DNA of 64,000 nt from Felis catus (lineage: Eukaryota): assembly GCF_018350175.1 (NCBI RefSeq), contig NC_058368.1, forward strand, positions 215,452,001-215,516,000, given 5' to 3'. How positions within the stretch are numbered: position 1 is the first letter of the stretch; each line of letters starts with the position of its first letter. This document shows, piece after piece, positions 39,417 to 53,537 of this stretch. The notes beneath the pieces are model-generated. The model did no database searches. It saw nothing but the letters and a program-made list of their open reading frames with translations, and was not told the origin of the DNA. The position numbers were made by a program, and so were the translations under genes.

Positions 39417-41011
39417 TTTAAATTGGATGATTTGTTTTTTTTTTTTGTTTTGTTTTTTTGTTTTTTTGTTTTTTGTTTTTTTTTTGGTTTCGGTTTTGGT
39501 TTCTTTGTCGTTTTGCTATTGAGCTGTATGTGGTTTTTAAACATATTTTGGATATAAACTTCTAATAAAATGTATGCTTTGCAAATATTTCCTCCCATTC
39601 TTTTAAGTTTCTTTTTTCATTTTGTTGATCATTTTTTTTTACTCTGAAGAAGCTTTTGACTTTGTTATAGTCACAATTGTTTTTATTTTGTTGCTTGTGC
39701 TTTAGGTGCCATATCAAAGAAAAAAATTCCAAAACCCAAGTCAAGGATCTTTTCTCCTATGTTTTCTTATAGGAGTTTCATGGTTTCAGGTCTTAATTTA
39801 AACCTTTAATCCATTTTGAGTAATTTTTGTGAGTGGTATAAGATAGGCGTCTAATTTCATTCTTTTACGTGTTAGTATCCAATTTTCCCAGTACCATTTA
39901 TTGAAGAGTCTATCTTCCCCCATGGATATTCCAACTGTTTTGTCAAATACAATGGGAAAAGGGCAAATAGACATTTTTCCAAAGTTGGTAATCAAATGGT
40001 CAACGGATACGTCAAAAGTTGCACATTATTAGTCATTAGGGAAGTGCAAATCAAAACTACAATGAGATAATACCTCCTACCTGTTAGAATAGCTACCACC
40101 CAAAAGACGAGTGGTAACAAATGCTGGTGAAGATGTGGAGAAAAGGGAATAGTTACGCACTGTCAGTGGAAATGTAAATTGGTACAGCCACTGTTGAAAA
40201 GAGTATGGATATTCCTCTAAAATTTTAAATGGAACTACTATAAGATCTAGCAATCTCACTTCTGGGTATATATCCGAAGAAAGTGAAATAGTATGTCAAA
40301 GAGATATCTGCCTGCCCATGTTTATTGCAGCGTTACTTAAAATAGCCAGGACATAAAAATCTTAAAATCTTAAGTGTATAGAGACAGTTGAAAGGATGAA
40401 GAAAATGTCCATATATTTACACACACACACATATAGCCATTAAAAAATGAAGGAAATCCTGCCATTTGTGAAAACATGGGCAGACCTTGAGGTCATTACG
40501 CTAAGTGAAAAAGCCAGAAAAGGACAATTATTGTATAATTTCACTTATGTGGAATGTAAAACCAACCAAAATCATAGAAAAAGACAACATATTTGTAGCT
40601 TCTGAAATGTGAGGGTGGAGTGTGGTAGAATTGAGTCAAGGTGGTCAAAAGGTACAGACTTTCAGTTATAAAACGAGTAAGTACTGGGAATATAATGTAC
40701 AACATGATGACTATAGTTAACACTGCTTTATGGTATATTTGAAAGCTACTATGACAGCAGATCCTAAAAATTCTTATCACAAGGAAAAATTGTAACTATA
40801 TGAGGGGAAGGGTGTTAACCTATTTATTTAAATTTACTTTAATCACTTTGCAGTATGTGCATGTCAAGTCCTTATGCCATACACCTTAAACTTATATAGT
40901 GTGCCAACTATATCTCAGTACAACTGGAAAGGAAGGGAGGGAAGGCAGGAGGGAAGAAGGAAGGAAAGGAAAGGAAAGGGAAGGGAAGGGAAGGGAAGGA
41001 AAAAGGAAAGG
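39417..41011 (+). mobile_element. 5'-inverted (twin-primed) L1MA-type insertion with (GGAA)n tail
   Basis: 39417-39949 is antisense ORF2; 39950-40930 is the sense ORF2 end plus 3'UTR; candidate TSD AAGGAASACTCRT at 39404-39416 and 41012-41024. Confidence 0.88.
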
Positions 41012-41369
41012 AAGGAAGACTCATGCAACCACATCTACTTAGAGGAACAAGTGAAATTGGTGTCTGGGTGATGTCTGAGACTATAGGAAGGGACTGAGAT
41101 TTAGACTTCCCAACAAATGCAAAAACTAGATTCATTAATTGAGACACTGTCTTCAGTGTCTCAAGGCTTACTATCTCAAGGCTCACTACCTCAATACTCA
41201 GATAAAAATATTTAGGGTATAATTTATGAAACAGTGCCAGGTGACAAGGTCCTGTATAGTGCCACAGTGTTAATGAATAATTACACTAAGGTTTAGCTGT
41301 CACAGGAGTCCATCAATTTTTAAAACTGCTAGATCAGATTGAAAAATAGGCCATGTGAGCTGGAGGAGG

Positions 41370-41371
<2 letters not shown>

Positions 41372-41453
<82 letters not shown>

Positions 41454-41463
41454 GTATATATAT
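41372..41463. repeat. Compound (TA)n(CA)n microsatellite
   Basis: Direct reading. Confidence 0.95.
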
Positions 41464-42083
41464 TAGGAGGAATTGCTGAAGTTATTAAAGAAGCTAAAAG
41501 TACTTGATATGAGATTGTTGAGAGAGCAAATAAAATAGAAAGTAAAAGAAAGAAAATTGGTGAAACATAAGAAAGAGTAATTGAACAAAGGCTTTCAGCT
41601 AGTTTGCACAATTAAGGAATATGCTGACCTTTCTCTCTGTCTTCCCCTGCCATCCCGGCAGATTGAGGCTAGTAGGAAAATACATTTCTAAAGGATTCAG
41701 AAGAATTTGCCATAGATCAGAGGTGACCTTTATTTAACACAAATATACAAAAAGTATCCTTTTTGAAAAAGTAGAAAATGAGTAAGAGGACAGGGTACCT
41801 CAAACAGAACAAGGTACAACACAATACTATACCAAAGAATGGAGGATTAGGCTTGAAAAGTTTGTATTTAAACTGTATTTATTCTGATTCTCTGTTTACC
41901 AGGTCACTATTTGACCTTATTTCAATTACTTAGATGGCTTTACTTCCTTCTGAGAGAACGTACAATAGATTGACATGAAGATCTGGTAATTACTCCCTCA
42001 CATTGTAATATTCCGTATGAATTCTAGAGGATATTAAGCTTCCAAAATTTTACTGGTATGAGTACCTTTAAAATATCTTGAAT

Positions 42084-42295
42084 GGGGTTGCCTGGATGGC
42101 TCAGTCAGTTAAGCCTTGGACTTGTGTTGAGGTCACGATATCACCCTTATGGGTTCGAGCCCCATGTCAGGCTCTGTGCTGACAGCCCAGAGCCTGGAGC
42201 CTGCTTCAGACTCTGTGTCTCCCTCTCTCCCTTTCCCTCCCCTGCTCGCACTCTGTCTCTCTCTCTCAAAAATAAACAAAAAAAAAATTAAAAAA
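42084..42295 (+). mobile_element. Can-SINE
   Basis: SINE head, body and tail. Confidence 0.92.
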
Positions 42296-42995
42296 TATAT
42301 ATCATTGAACAAGTTAATCATGGAGAATTCTAACCCTACCAAATTGGAAGAAGCCATCAGAATAATTACCAGACATTTTATTTCTTTTGAATAAGACTAT
42401 AAAGATCATAACATTATTTTTATTTTTTAAAGCATTACTGATTATATTTTTCTGTATCATACAATTGTCTCTAAATGAATAAATGATGTATACAGTCAAA
42501 TGTACACACTTTAAAGAATTTATGTGCATCAAATTTTCCTAAGTAGGCATGTACTTTTTAGTTTCTTTATCCATGTAATAAAGCTTAAAATTTGGGCTTA
42601 GTGCAATATCAATTGAATCAAGTTTAACCATGGCAGTTGTGTTTCCAATGGCCTAGGCATCAGCACTTGGAATAAATCAGGTCAGATTTTTAAGCTAGGG
42701 TGTTTATTTGCATTATGAGAAAAAAAAAATAAGTAAAAGTATAAATATTATTTGTGTTGGTGAACTATCTGAAACAAGTGTCTTTGGTGGAAAAATGAGT
42801 TTTCTCCCATGAAAACAAACAAAAACAAAAACAAAAAACAAAAAACACAACTCCTTAATTGGCATTGATATGTGGTGTTATGCAAGCCTCTTAAATTGAG
42901 CTAAGAAGTATTTATGCCTCCTCTATTGTCTAAAACACTTTGTGTGGATTGGTATGACTCATTCTAAAATGTTTGATAAAAATTTACCTGAAACG

Positions 42996-43213
42996 GGTGC
43001 CTGGGTGGCTCAGCTGGTTACAAGTGCCCAGCTTCGGCTCAGGTCATGATCTCACGATTCGTGAGTTCAAGCCCCGTGTTGGGCTCTGTGCTGACGGCTC
43101 GGGACCTGGAGTCTGCTTTGGATTCTGTGTCTCCCTCTTTCTCTGCTCCTCCCCTGCTCACTCTCTGTCTCTCTCTCAAATATAATAAAGATTTTTAAAA
43201 AATTTAAAAAAAA
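42996..43213 (+). mobile_element. Can-SINE
   Basis: SINE head, body and tail. Confidence 0.93.
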
Positions 43214-43929
43214 TTACCCAGAACAGTCTTGGTCTGAGATTTTCTGGGCATAAAGTTTTGTTTTGTTTTGTTTTGTTTTGTTTTTAAATAAAAGTTCAAT
43301 TATTTTAACAGATTCAGGAGTACGTGAAGTTATATTTTTTGTGTGTAACTTTTGGTAATTTGCCTTTTCAAGGCATCTCTCAACTAATATCAGTGTGGTT
43401 TTCTGTAGAACATTCAGAAATTCTGGATCCCCTCAGATAATATGACAGAAGCTCACATGTTAACAAAGATATTTAAGGCAGAACTTTAATGTTTAATGTT
43501 CCCTTCCCCACATAAATGCAGTGTATAACTGTGATTGGAAACTAATGAATTAATGATATTAATATCCACATAACTTGTCATTGAGACCCTGTTAATCTGT
43601 TCTAGCAGAGATAACACATTTGGGACAGCATCTGCAATTGAAGCTATTGCTGGTTCAATTTGTGATCCACTCTCTTCCAGTATTCATTCGTTGTTGGGTT
43701 TTTTTGTTGTTCTGATTTGTTTTTGTTTGTTTGTTTGTTTCCTAGAGACCAGACTTGGGAATTAAATAGGGATATAATGGGCACCAGTAAATCTTTGTCA
43801 ATTAAGACAAACCAAAATTCTCCAATCACCATCAGTGAGTGATAGGGCCCTAAGTGTCAGAAAACCCAAAGAAAATCCAGTTCCAAATCCCATTTTAGGA
43901 TCTGTTTCCAAAAATGACTTCTGTTACCA

Positions 43930-44320
43930 ATTGTTGTCAATCAGTTTCCCTTGGAAATAGACTCTGAAATGCAAATTTGTGTGAACGTGTGAAGGTAGTT
44001 TATTTTGTAGGATTGTGTAGGGTAGGATTGCACACAGGGAGAAGTTGAGAATGGGGATGCACATAGGCCTCAGCCAAACCTACATGGCGCTCTGAAATTT
44101 GGATGGCCATTTACAAATTTAAAAAAAAGGGCTGAGATGCTTCAACAAATCGGTGGGTTTCCTTTCTGAGGTAAGTTATAGCCATGGGAAAGGCAGTTCC
44201 TTTTGGTTAAGGGCAGTTCCTGAGAAGGGGCCCAGCTATGAGTGTCAGCAGGTTATTGATCCCAGCAACTGAAAGGATGAGGATTTCAGAATTAGCAGAT
44301 GATTTATTAGCTATATGTAA
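43930..44320. mobile_element. Old ERVL LTR (LTR16/LTR33-like)
   Basis: AGACTCTGAAATG..ATTTGTGTG and GGGAGAAGTTGA..GATGCA..AGGCCTCAGCC..GCTCTG motifs. Confidence 0.55.
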
Positions 44321-44554
44321 GACCCATCTCAAACTCTTTAAAGTCCCCATAGCTGGGCACCAATCTGGCCTCCTAGTTTTGTTTTGTTTTTTTCAAAGAA
44401 TTACACAGCATCTTCTTTAACATTAATTATTATCACTTTGATATATGTAAATATTATAGCAAAATTTTGGATAAGTGATCAAAATTACTTGCATTTTGAT
44501 GAGTAATGCAAGGAAGGTTTTATGTGCTAATTACTGGTCATGCCTTAAAATTAA

Positions 44555-44765
44555 ATTTTTATTGTATAATTAACAGTATTATATTAGTTTCAGGTTACAA
44601 TATGATGATTCAACAATTCTGTATATTATTCAGTACTCAGGTGGACTTTTGATCTCCTTTATCTGTATCACACCTACCACCACCTACCTCCCCTCGGGCA
44701 ACTATCAGTTTGTTCTCTGTATTTGAGAGTCTGGCTTGTGTCTCTTTTTTCTTTGTCCATTTTCT
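44555..44765 (-). mobile_element. Short L1 3' end
   Basis: Antisense 3'UTR similar to 1-300 and 50850-51420. Confidence 0.75.
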
Positions 44766-44949
44766 CTCCACAGACCCAGGTCTTAACTGGCTAAAAGATC
44801 TCACACTTAATTAGCTAAAAGCTCTTTTACTCCTACATTTAATTGACTAAAAGAACTCTTACTCTCTTTTCACAAACTAAGTTACGTTGAAAATTCACCC
44901 ACAGTCTTTCCAAATCCCAAATAAAATGATCAGACTGATTTCTATAATT

Positions 44950-45700
44950 ATGTAAATGCATCTTCTCTTGTTGACCACTCGAGTTGGAAATCTTAAAGAA
45001 CCTTCAAACATTCATTCTCTTTGTTCCTCATATTCATAGTCAATATTATCATTTTTAGTTACTATTGCCTTCTTTGTACATTAAACGCATTACTCTAGCG
45101 CAGTCTTTACTCATTCCGTCTGTTCTAGTGCAATTGCTTTGAAATTAGGGTTTTTAACTTTTAATCTCTTTTATCAATTACTGGTAGATTATGTTCATAA
45201 AACTTGTCTCTGAATACACTCCCCTAACATGAAATACTAAGAAACCTAGAATATTTATCTTAGGACGTAGAATAATTATGGGCAACTAAGCATTGAATTA
45301 AAGATTCTCCAAAATCTAAACGAACCTTCTTCTCCAGCTTTTGCTCCTACTGTTTCTCAGGTAGATTTTGCTCTTCAGCTAAGTCAACCTCTGTATTTTT
45401 TTTACTCACCCTACCCTCTGTTTTTATCTATGCTTATCACCTCTAGTAGATATCTCTCTACCCATTGTCCCTTTGAAAATACTCCTTCTTCCTGAAAAAT
45501 TTTATCTTGAATCAGAAATTCATTTCTTTTGTGTCTCATAGCACTTTAAAATTTTCATAGGGCTTATCACATTTTGACTTTACTGCAGTTTTATATGTAT
45601 GCCTTATCTCTTGTTGACATATAACATCCTTGAGGATTGGAATGTATAAATTCCTATTCATTTATAGAACATAATCTTTATTTGTTGTTAAAGAAAATGT
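44950..45700 (+). mobile_element. Degraded L2 fragments
   Basis: Pyrimidine-rich L2-like motifs; weak. Confidence 0.4.
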
Positions 45701-45855
45701 TGGACAATCATTGAAAATCATTTTTTTAGTTATTCTGGTATTGATAAATGATGGTGTGACATTCTTGATCATTAAATGGAAAGATTTCACTATTATGCAT
45801 ATCCTATCCTTGAGAATAGAGATGAATTGACAGCCAAATTAATATATTCGTTATT

Positions 45856-46060
45856 GGGGTGCCTGGGTGGTTCAGTTGGTTGAGCGGCCAACTTTGGCTC
45901 AGGTCATGATCTCCAGTTTGTGAGTTCGAGCCTCATGTCGGGCTCTGTGCAGACAGCTCAGAGCCTGGAGCCTGCTTCATATTCTGTCTCCCTCGCTCTC
46001 TGCCCCTCCCTCACTCGTGCTCTCTTTCAAAACTGAATAAACGTTAAAATTTTTTTTAAA
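45856..46060 (+). mobile_element. Can-SINE
   Basis: GGGGTGCCTGGGTGG head. Confidence 0.93.
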
Positions 46061-46509
46061 TAAATATATTAGTTAGAAGACATAGATAAATGCCAAATGA
46101 AATTTCACTGGTTAGGATTTTCAAATATAAAATATGCAAGAGAAACACAATTATTTTCTAATGTATACAAGTAAAAGTGATGTGCTTCTGAATGTGTTCA
46201 TCAAAACAAAGGGAGATTTTTACCGAAGTGATATTGGCATTCAAAGTTCAGGAACATTTTAATTGGAATAGATATTATTTATGCTTATTTTGTAACCAAA
46301 AGATATTAACCATCATTTACAAGGTTAGAATTTAAACCATTTTGTGAAGAAATGGCGCAGAAATACAAGATTCTAGAGTGTAATACACATAGATATATGT
46401 GTATATACATTTGAATATATGAGAAATGTAGTGGCAATGTAAATACTGATGTTTCTTGGATTGAGATGAAGTATTTTTTTATGAAAGAAGAACAGTGTTT
46501 CACAGTGAT

Positions 46510-49500
46510 ATTCATTAAAAAAGTCCATCAAATGTATGTTTTGCAAATATTTTGTCCAGTCTTACTTAACTTTTCATTTTCCTGTGTCTTTTGAAGAGTA
46601 AACATTTTAATTTTGTCTTTTTAATGGTGAATGCTTTATCTATTCCAAGAAACATTTGCCAAACCATTGAATACAAAAATATTTCTCTTATGTTAGAACT
46701 TTTGTAGCTTTAGATATTATTGGTTCTATGATCCTCTGGAGTTAATTTTTGTATATTATATGAGGTAATGATTGACTCAAGTATATTTTCTTCTACTTCA
46801 ATATCCAACAATTCAAAACCATTTGGTGGAAAAAGGGTGTTTTTGTTATGCCAGTACATTTATGTGCTTTGTTGGAAATCAGACACATGTATGTACCTAT
46901 TTCTGCACTTTCTCTCTCTACTCTGTAAATTTTGATAAATAATTATATCTTTATGCCAATATAATATTGTCTTCATTAGCATAGTTTTATAGCATTCTTG
47001 AAATTAGATGTTACAAGTCCTCTAAGTTTGATCTGCATTTTCAAAATTGTTTGGCTATAAGAACTTTCCATATCCATATAAATTGTAGAATCAGCTTATT
47101 AAATTTTACAGAAGAGTTTGCTGGAATTTTGATTGGAATTATAACTAATAGAATGATTTGATACTTTAACAATATTGAATCTTCTAATCTATGAGTGTAA
47201 AACACTTTTCCATTAATTTTGTTCGTCTTTTTTTTTAAGTTTGTTTATTTATTTTGAGAGAGACAGAGAGAAAGAGAGAGAAGAAGAGAGAGGGACAGAG
47301 AATCCCAAGCAGTCTCTGTGCTCTCAATACAGACCCCAACTGGGCTTGATCCTGCGAACTGTGAGATCATGACCTGAGCTAAAATCAAGAGCTGGACACT
47401 TATCCAACTGAGCCACACAGACTTCCCTGATTTTGGTCCTCTTTAATGTCCTCAGCAAGGTTATGTAGTTTTTATGCTCAGGACTTCCCCACATTTTAAA
47501 TTTATGCCATTGCATATGGTATTTTATTTCAATCTCATATACTTTGCTGGGGATATATAAAATATATTTAATTTAATAAACTTCTTTGCTACATTTATTA
47601 GTTCTGATGGCTTTTTGAAAATTCTTAATGTTATTCTACATAAAAGATAATGTCCTTTGCAAATAAAGAAAATTTCTTTCTTTCAAAGCCACAAGCTTTT
47701 AATTTATTTTTCTTGTCTTATTGCAGTCATTTAAAAAAATGATGTACAAAATTAAATAGAAGTGTTAAGTAAAGACATTCTTTACTTGTTTCTGATCTTA
47801 TTGGAGAGAGATTTAATCTTTCACCAGTGGAATGATGTTAGCTGTAGGTTTAACAGTTGAGGATATTTCCTTTAATTCTTACCTTGCTAAAAATTTTTAC
47901 CATGAATTCCTTAGGTATTGAATTTTGTTGTCAAATATTTTTTTCTCTATTACCTTTCATTGATTTTTTTGGTTTTTTACCTTCCTATATTGACTTTGGC
48001 TCTAGATTATTATTTCTTTAGTGTCTTGAAGTAGAAGTTTGGAACACTACTTTTACATATCTTTTTAAATATAAATATTTAATTCTATATATTGTCTCCT
48101 AAATACTGCATTGACATCTTCCCACATATTTTGATGTGTTATTTTTATATCTGATTTCATTAAAAACAAATACCAGTATCCCATCTTTTATTAGTTTGTT
48201 ATTTAGAGGTGTACTATTTAATATCCACATATTTAGGGGGGGGGGTACCTCTTTATCTTTTATTGTTGCCTAGTTTATTTCCTCTGTGGAAAAAGCATTA
48301 TTCTATTTTATTAAATCTTTGCATTTATTGAAACATGTTCCATGACTTAGAAATGTGTAATCAGATATTTTTTGCTAGAGTGTTATATAAATGCCACTTA
48401 GGTTAGTTAATATTGACCAATTCATCTTTTGTCCTTAATTACTTTTTTCCTACTTCTTTTATTAATTTTTATGAGCAGAGTACTAAAAAGTCTCTATAAT
48501 TTTGGCTGCATCTACTTCTCTTTGCCATCCTGTCAGAAAGACGCATCTTTCTTTGTCCCTGGTAATATTCACTTTTCTGAACTCATGTTTGCCTGATATT
48601 AGTTTAGCCTATGCAGGTTTCCTCAGATTGCATCTGGATGATTATCTTTTTATAATCTATTATTTTAACCTATGTCCCTTTTATTTAAAATGGGATTACA
48701 TACATATCATATGCCACATCTGACTTTTTCATTTAGCTTGATAAAACTTTTAACTGGAGTATTTAGTCAACTTATATTTACTGTAAATATTGTTAGGGTT
48801 TGGTTTAAACCTAGCATCATGTTCACTATCACCTATTCTTTTTTTCCGTTTCTGTTTGCTTTTACATTAAGTATTCTATTCACTTATTACTGATAATTTC
48901 CTGTTTATATTTTTAGTGCTTTCTCTAGGGTTGACATAAAACAATCATAAGTGATAATATTACATGCTATAATTTTAAAAACATATTCTACTTGTTTGCT
49001 TTTACACAATTATCTTTTAAAGAGAATAAAATTAAGAAAATATTTTATATATTTGTTCATATGTATTTTTATGATGCTCTTTATTCTTCAATGTAAATAT
49101 AACATTTTGTAAGGAATATTTTTTTCTTTTGAGAATTTGCTTTACCTTCTTTTAAATGCACATATGTAATGGTTATCTTAGCTTTCATTACTCAGAAGTA
49201 CTCTTCAAATTTATTTTGAGATAAATTTTTGCTAAATAATTCTGGGTTAACAGATTTTTTTTCCTCTTGCAGTGATTTAAAATGGTATTTGATATTGTTT
49301 TTCTTACCAGTATGACTTATATGAGAAATCTGCGATCCTCATCTCTGTTATCTTTATATATCAGTCTTTCTCTGGGTGCCTTTATGAATTTAAGCTTCAT
49401 GAATTAATACCAATAACTGAATCATGACATTTTCTGTTTCTTTTCTGTTTGTGATTAGTTTAATTTACTGAATTTGTGGCTCTATACATTTTACTAAATT

Positions 49501-50520
49501 TGGGAAAAACATTTTCTATGATTTCTTCAAATACTTTTCTACTCAGTCATTATTTTTGTCTCAGAGTATCCTGAAGATCTTATTTTCAATTTTTTTTTCT
49601 ATTTTTGAGTCTTTTCTCTTGTTATTATAAAATTTACTTTTATCCCATTATTTTATCCCATCAATTTTTTTACTCTTTAAAATTTCAGATATTGTATTTT
49701 GTATTTCTAGAATTTCTTTTATGTTTATGTCTTCCATTGATTTCCTCATTATGTTTATTATTTCCTTTGCATCTCTGAATATGTTTAAAAGATGGTTGTT
49801 TTAAGGTCCCTTTTTTTGTCTTAATTTCATAATGACTTTCATCTCTATAAATTTTCATTTTCTTAATTCTCTTGCTTATATCATTTTCCTGCTTCCTTGC
49901 ATGTTGAGTAAATTTTGACTAGATGCTAACATTTAACTTTTTATGGTTTTGGAGTGCTTTGTTTCTCTAATTGTATTTTCTGTTCCTAGACGCTCATCTC
50001 CACACTTTTGTGGCTGTTTTCAAGCTTTGTTATGGCAGGTTGAGAGCAATTTTTATTTTGGGGTTAATTTCTCTTTGAAACACATCATCTGAAGAATGTA
50101 ATTGAATGTATTATAACATATATTCACTTGGTCTATTATGAAACATAGCTATTCAAAATCTTTTATGAATTCTGATAATTATATATCCTACTACTATCAA
50201 ATTCTTCTTTCCTTAAAGAGAAGTTTAGGAAGTTTTCTACCATTCATATGCAAAACTTTCTTCTCTGGCTCTCTGCAACTCAATTTCCAGTGCCCTTATA
50301 CATGTGAAGTGCAGCCTCTTTCCTTAGCCCACTGAGAATGTTAAGTCTACTTTGGTCTCTTTCTGTGCTGTAATTTAGAACTGCCTTCAGACGGTGCACT
50401 GGGACCATTATTGGATTCACCTAATTTATTTTCCTTCTCAGTGGTCAGAGTCTTGTGCTGCCTGTTGTCCAAAGTATGCACTTTATTATTTAATATTGTT
50501 AGCCCTCAAGTTATTTACCA
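46510..50520 (-). mobile_element. Old L1M (ORF2 to ORF1/5' region), fragmented
   Basis: Continuous antisense L1 motifs (AGAATCAGCTT.., GGAATTTTGATTGGAATT, ATGATGTTAGCTGTAGGTTT). Confidence 0.7.
47228..47428 (-). mobile_element. Can-SINE
   Basis: Reverse-complement SINE. Confidence 0.9.
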
Positions 50521-50554
50521 CGGGAGGACGAGTCCAATAAAGATTAACCCATCA

Positions 50555-50763
50555 TTTTTTAATGTTTATTTATTTATTTTTACAGAGAAAGTGTGTGCAT
50601 GAGTGAGGTTAGGGGCAGAGAGAGAGCGAGAGTGAATCCCAAGCAGGCACCACACTGCCAGTGCAGAACCCAACATACAGCTTGATCTCATGAACCGTGA
50701 GATCTTGACCTGAGTCGAAATCAAGAGACAGATGCTTAACAAACTGAGCCATCCAGGTGCTCC
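50555..50763 (-). mobile_element. Can-SINE
   Basis: Reverse-complement SINE. Confidence 0.9.
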
Positions 50764-51057
50764 TCACCTCATCCTTTTTCAAATATTTTTTCTCTTAGAT
50801 TTTTATGTAATCTCAAATCCTCCCAGTTGCTAAAATCTTGGTCATAGTTTTTATTTTTTTTATTATTATAGTTGACATAAAATTTTATGTTAGTTTCAGT
50901 TACACAACACAGTGATTTGGCATTTATATACATTATGGAATAATTCCCACTATAAGTTTAATTACCATCTGTCACCATCAAGTTATAATATTATTGACTC
51001 TAGTTTGTATGCTGTACTTTACATCCCTGTGACTTATTTTATAACAAAGTTTGTACT

Positions 51058-51270
51058 TATTTTTTTAAAATTTTTTAATGTTTATTCATTTTTTGACAGA
51101 CAAAGGGCAAGTGGGGTTGGAGTAGGGAGAGAGGGAGACACAGAATCTGAGGCAGGCTCCAGGCTCTGAGCTGTCAGCACGTAGCAGAAGGGGCTCAAAC
51201 TCAGGAACCACAAAATCATGACCTGAGCAGAAGGTCGGATGCTTAATTAACTGAACCACCAAGGTGCCCC
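51058..51270 (-). mobile_element. Can-SINE
   Basis: TSD AAAGTTTGTAC at 51046-51056 and 51273-51283. Confidence 0.93.
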
Positions 51271-52648
51271 AGAAAGTTTGTACCTCTTAATCTCTTCACC
51301 TATTTTACTTATCCCCCCTCCCACCACTCTCCTCTCTGGCAACCACTAGTTTATTCTCTGTATTTATGAGTCAGTTTCTGTCTTGTTTGTTCATTCGTTT
51401 TGCTTTTAAGATTTCACATATAAGTGAAATCATACGGCATTTGTCTATCTCTGTTCCTTTTTTCAGTTAGCATACTACCCTCAAAGTTCATCTATGCTGT
51501 CACAAATAGCAAGATTTTGTTCTTTTTTTATGGCTGAGTAATATTTTATTGTGTATATCACAGCTTTTATCCATTTAGCTGTCAATGAACATTTAGGTTG
51601 CTTCTATATCTTGGTTATTATAAATAGTGCTGCAATTAACATAAGAGAGTACACATCTTTTTGAACTAGTGTTCTCTTATTCTTTGGGTAAATACACAGA
51701 AGTAGAATTACTGGGTCATATGGCAGTTCTATTTTTAATTTTTTGAAGAATCACCATACTGTTTTCCATAGTGGCTATACCTATTTACATTCCCATTAAC
51801 AAGGTCTCTGCATCTTGGCCAACACTTTTCTGGTCTTTTTGATAATAGCAATTCTGACAGGCATAAGAGGATATTCCACTGTGATTTTAATTTGCATTTC
51901 CCTGATGATTAGTGATGCTAAGCAACTTTTCATGTGTCTGTTGGCCATCTGTATGTTGTCTTTGAAAAAATTTTCTATCCTCGTCCTCTATTTTTTAATT
52001 GGATTGTATTTTTTGTTTTGGTTTGTTTGGGTTTGGGTTTTTTTTGTTTTTGTTAGTGAGTTGTATGTGGTCTGTATATAGTTTTGATATTAACCCCTTA
52101 TCAAATGTATTATTTGCAGTTTCTCCCATTCAGTAGATTGTATTTTTGTTTTACTGACTTTTTCTTTTTCTGTGAAAATTTTTTTAGTTTGAGATAATAC
52201 TTTTTATAATTTTTGCTTTTGTTACCTTTAGCTGAGGAGACAGATCCCCCTCCCCAATCTCCTGCCCCCAAATTGCTAAGAACAATGTCCAGAGTTTAAT
52301 ATCAATGTTTTCTTTTAGGTGTTTTATGGTTTCAAGTCTACATTTAGGTCTTTATTTTGAGCTTATTTTTATGTATGGTGTGAGAAACTAGTTCAGTTTC
52401 ATTCTTTGCAGCACCTCTTGCTTGAAGACACTGTTTTTCCCCACTGTATATTCTTGCTTTTTTGTTGAAGATTGAGCATATAAACATAAATATATTTCTG
52501 GGCTCTCCGTTCTGTTCCATTGATCTACATGTCCATTTTGTTTTGTTTTGCAAGTACCATATTGTTTTGATTATTATAGCTTTGTAGTACAGTTTGAAAT
52601 CTGGGATTGTGATAACCTCCAACTTTGTTCTTTCTCAAGTTTGCTTTG

Positions 52649-52921
52649 TCATTGGTGAGGATATGGAAAAAGAGGAACCCTTTTGAACTGTTGGTGGGAA
52701 TGCAACCTGGTGCAGCCACTGTGGAAAACGGTATCAACTTTCCTCAGAAAGTTAAAAATAGAATTACCCTATAATCCTAGGTATTTATTACCTTCAAAAT
52801 GCAAAAATACTATTTCAAAGGGATACATGCACCTCAATGTTTATAGAAGTATTATCTACAATAGCCAAACTATGGAAATAGCCCAACTGCCCATTGACTG
52901 ATCAATAGATTAACAGGATGT

Positions 52922-52960
<39 letters not shown>

Positions 52961-53467
52961 TGGAATATTACTCATCCATAAAAAAGAATGTACTCTTGCC
53001 ATTTGCAATGGTGTGTATGGAGCTAGAGAGCAGTATGCTAAGTGAAATAAGTCAGTAGAGAGAAAGACAAACACCATATGATTTCACTCATATGTGGAAT
53101 TTAAGAAACAAAACAAATGAGTGTAAGGAAAAGGAGAGAGGGAGAAGCAAACCAAGAAACAGACTTTTAACTATAGAGAACAAACTGATAGTTAACAGAG
53201 GGGTTGTGGTTGGGGGATGAGTTAAATAGGTGATGGGAATTTAGGAGTGCACTAGTGATAAACACCAGGTGAGTTTTGGAAGTATTATATTGTACAGCTG
53301 AAACTAATATAACACTGCATTAACTAATTGCAATTAAAATTAAAACTTAAAAAAATAACTATTATAATATATAAAAAAACTTTCTGACTGGGGAGAGGGG
53401 AAAAAGTGCTGACCTAAGTAATTTTAGAAAAAACTAAAGACAAAATAAACTGTACATAAGTACTGTT

Positions 53468-53537
<70 letters not shown>
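52649..53537 (+). mobile_element. 5'-truncated carnivore L1 with probable 3' transduction and (GA)n tail
   Basis: ORF2 end ([13 protein letters not shown]) and 3'UTR to about 53355, then about 110 extra nt, AATAAA and A5(GA)n. Confidence 0.85.

Noticed and set aside
44783..44868. CRISPR-like array
   Set aside because: The DNA is eukaryotic, with only three short degenerate repeats, irregular spacing and no cas genes.
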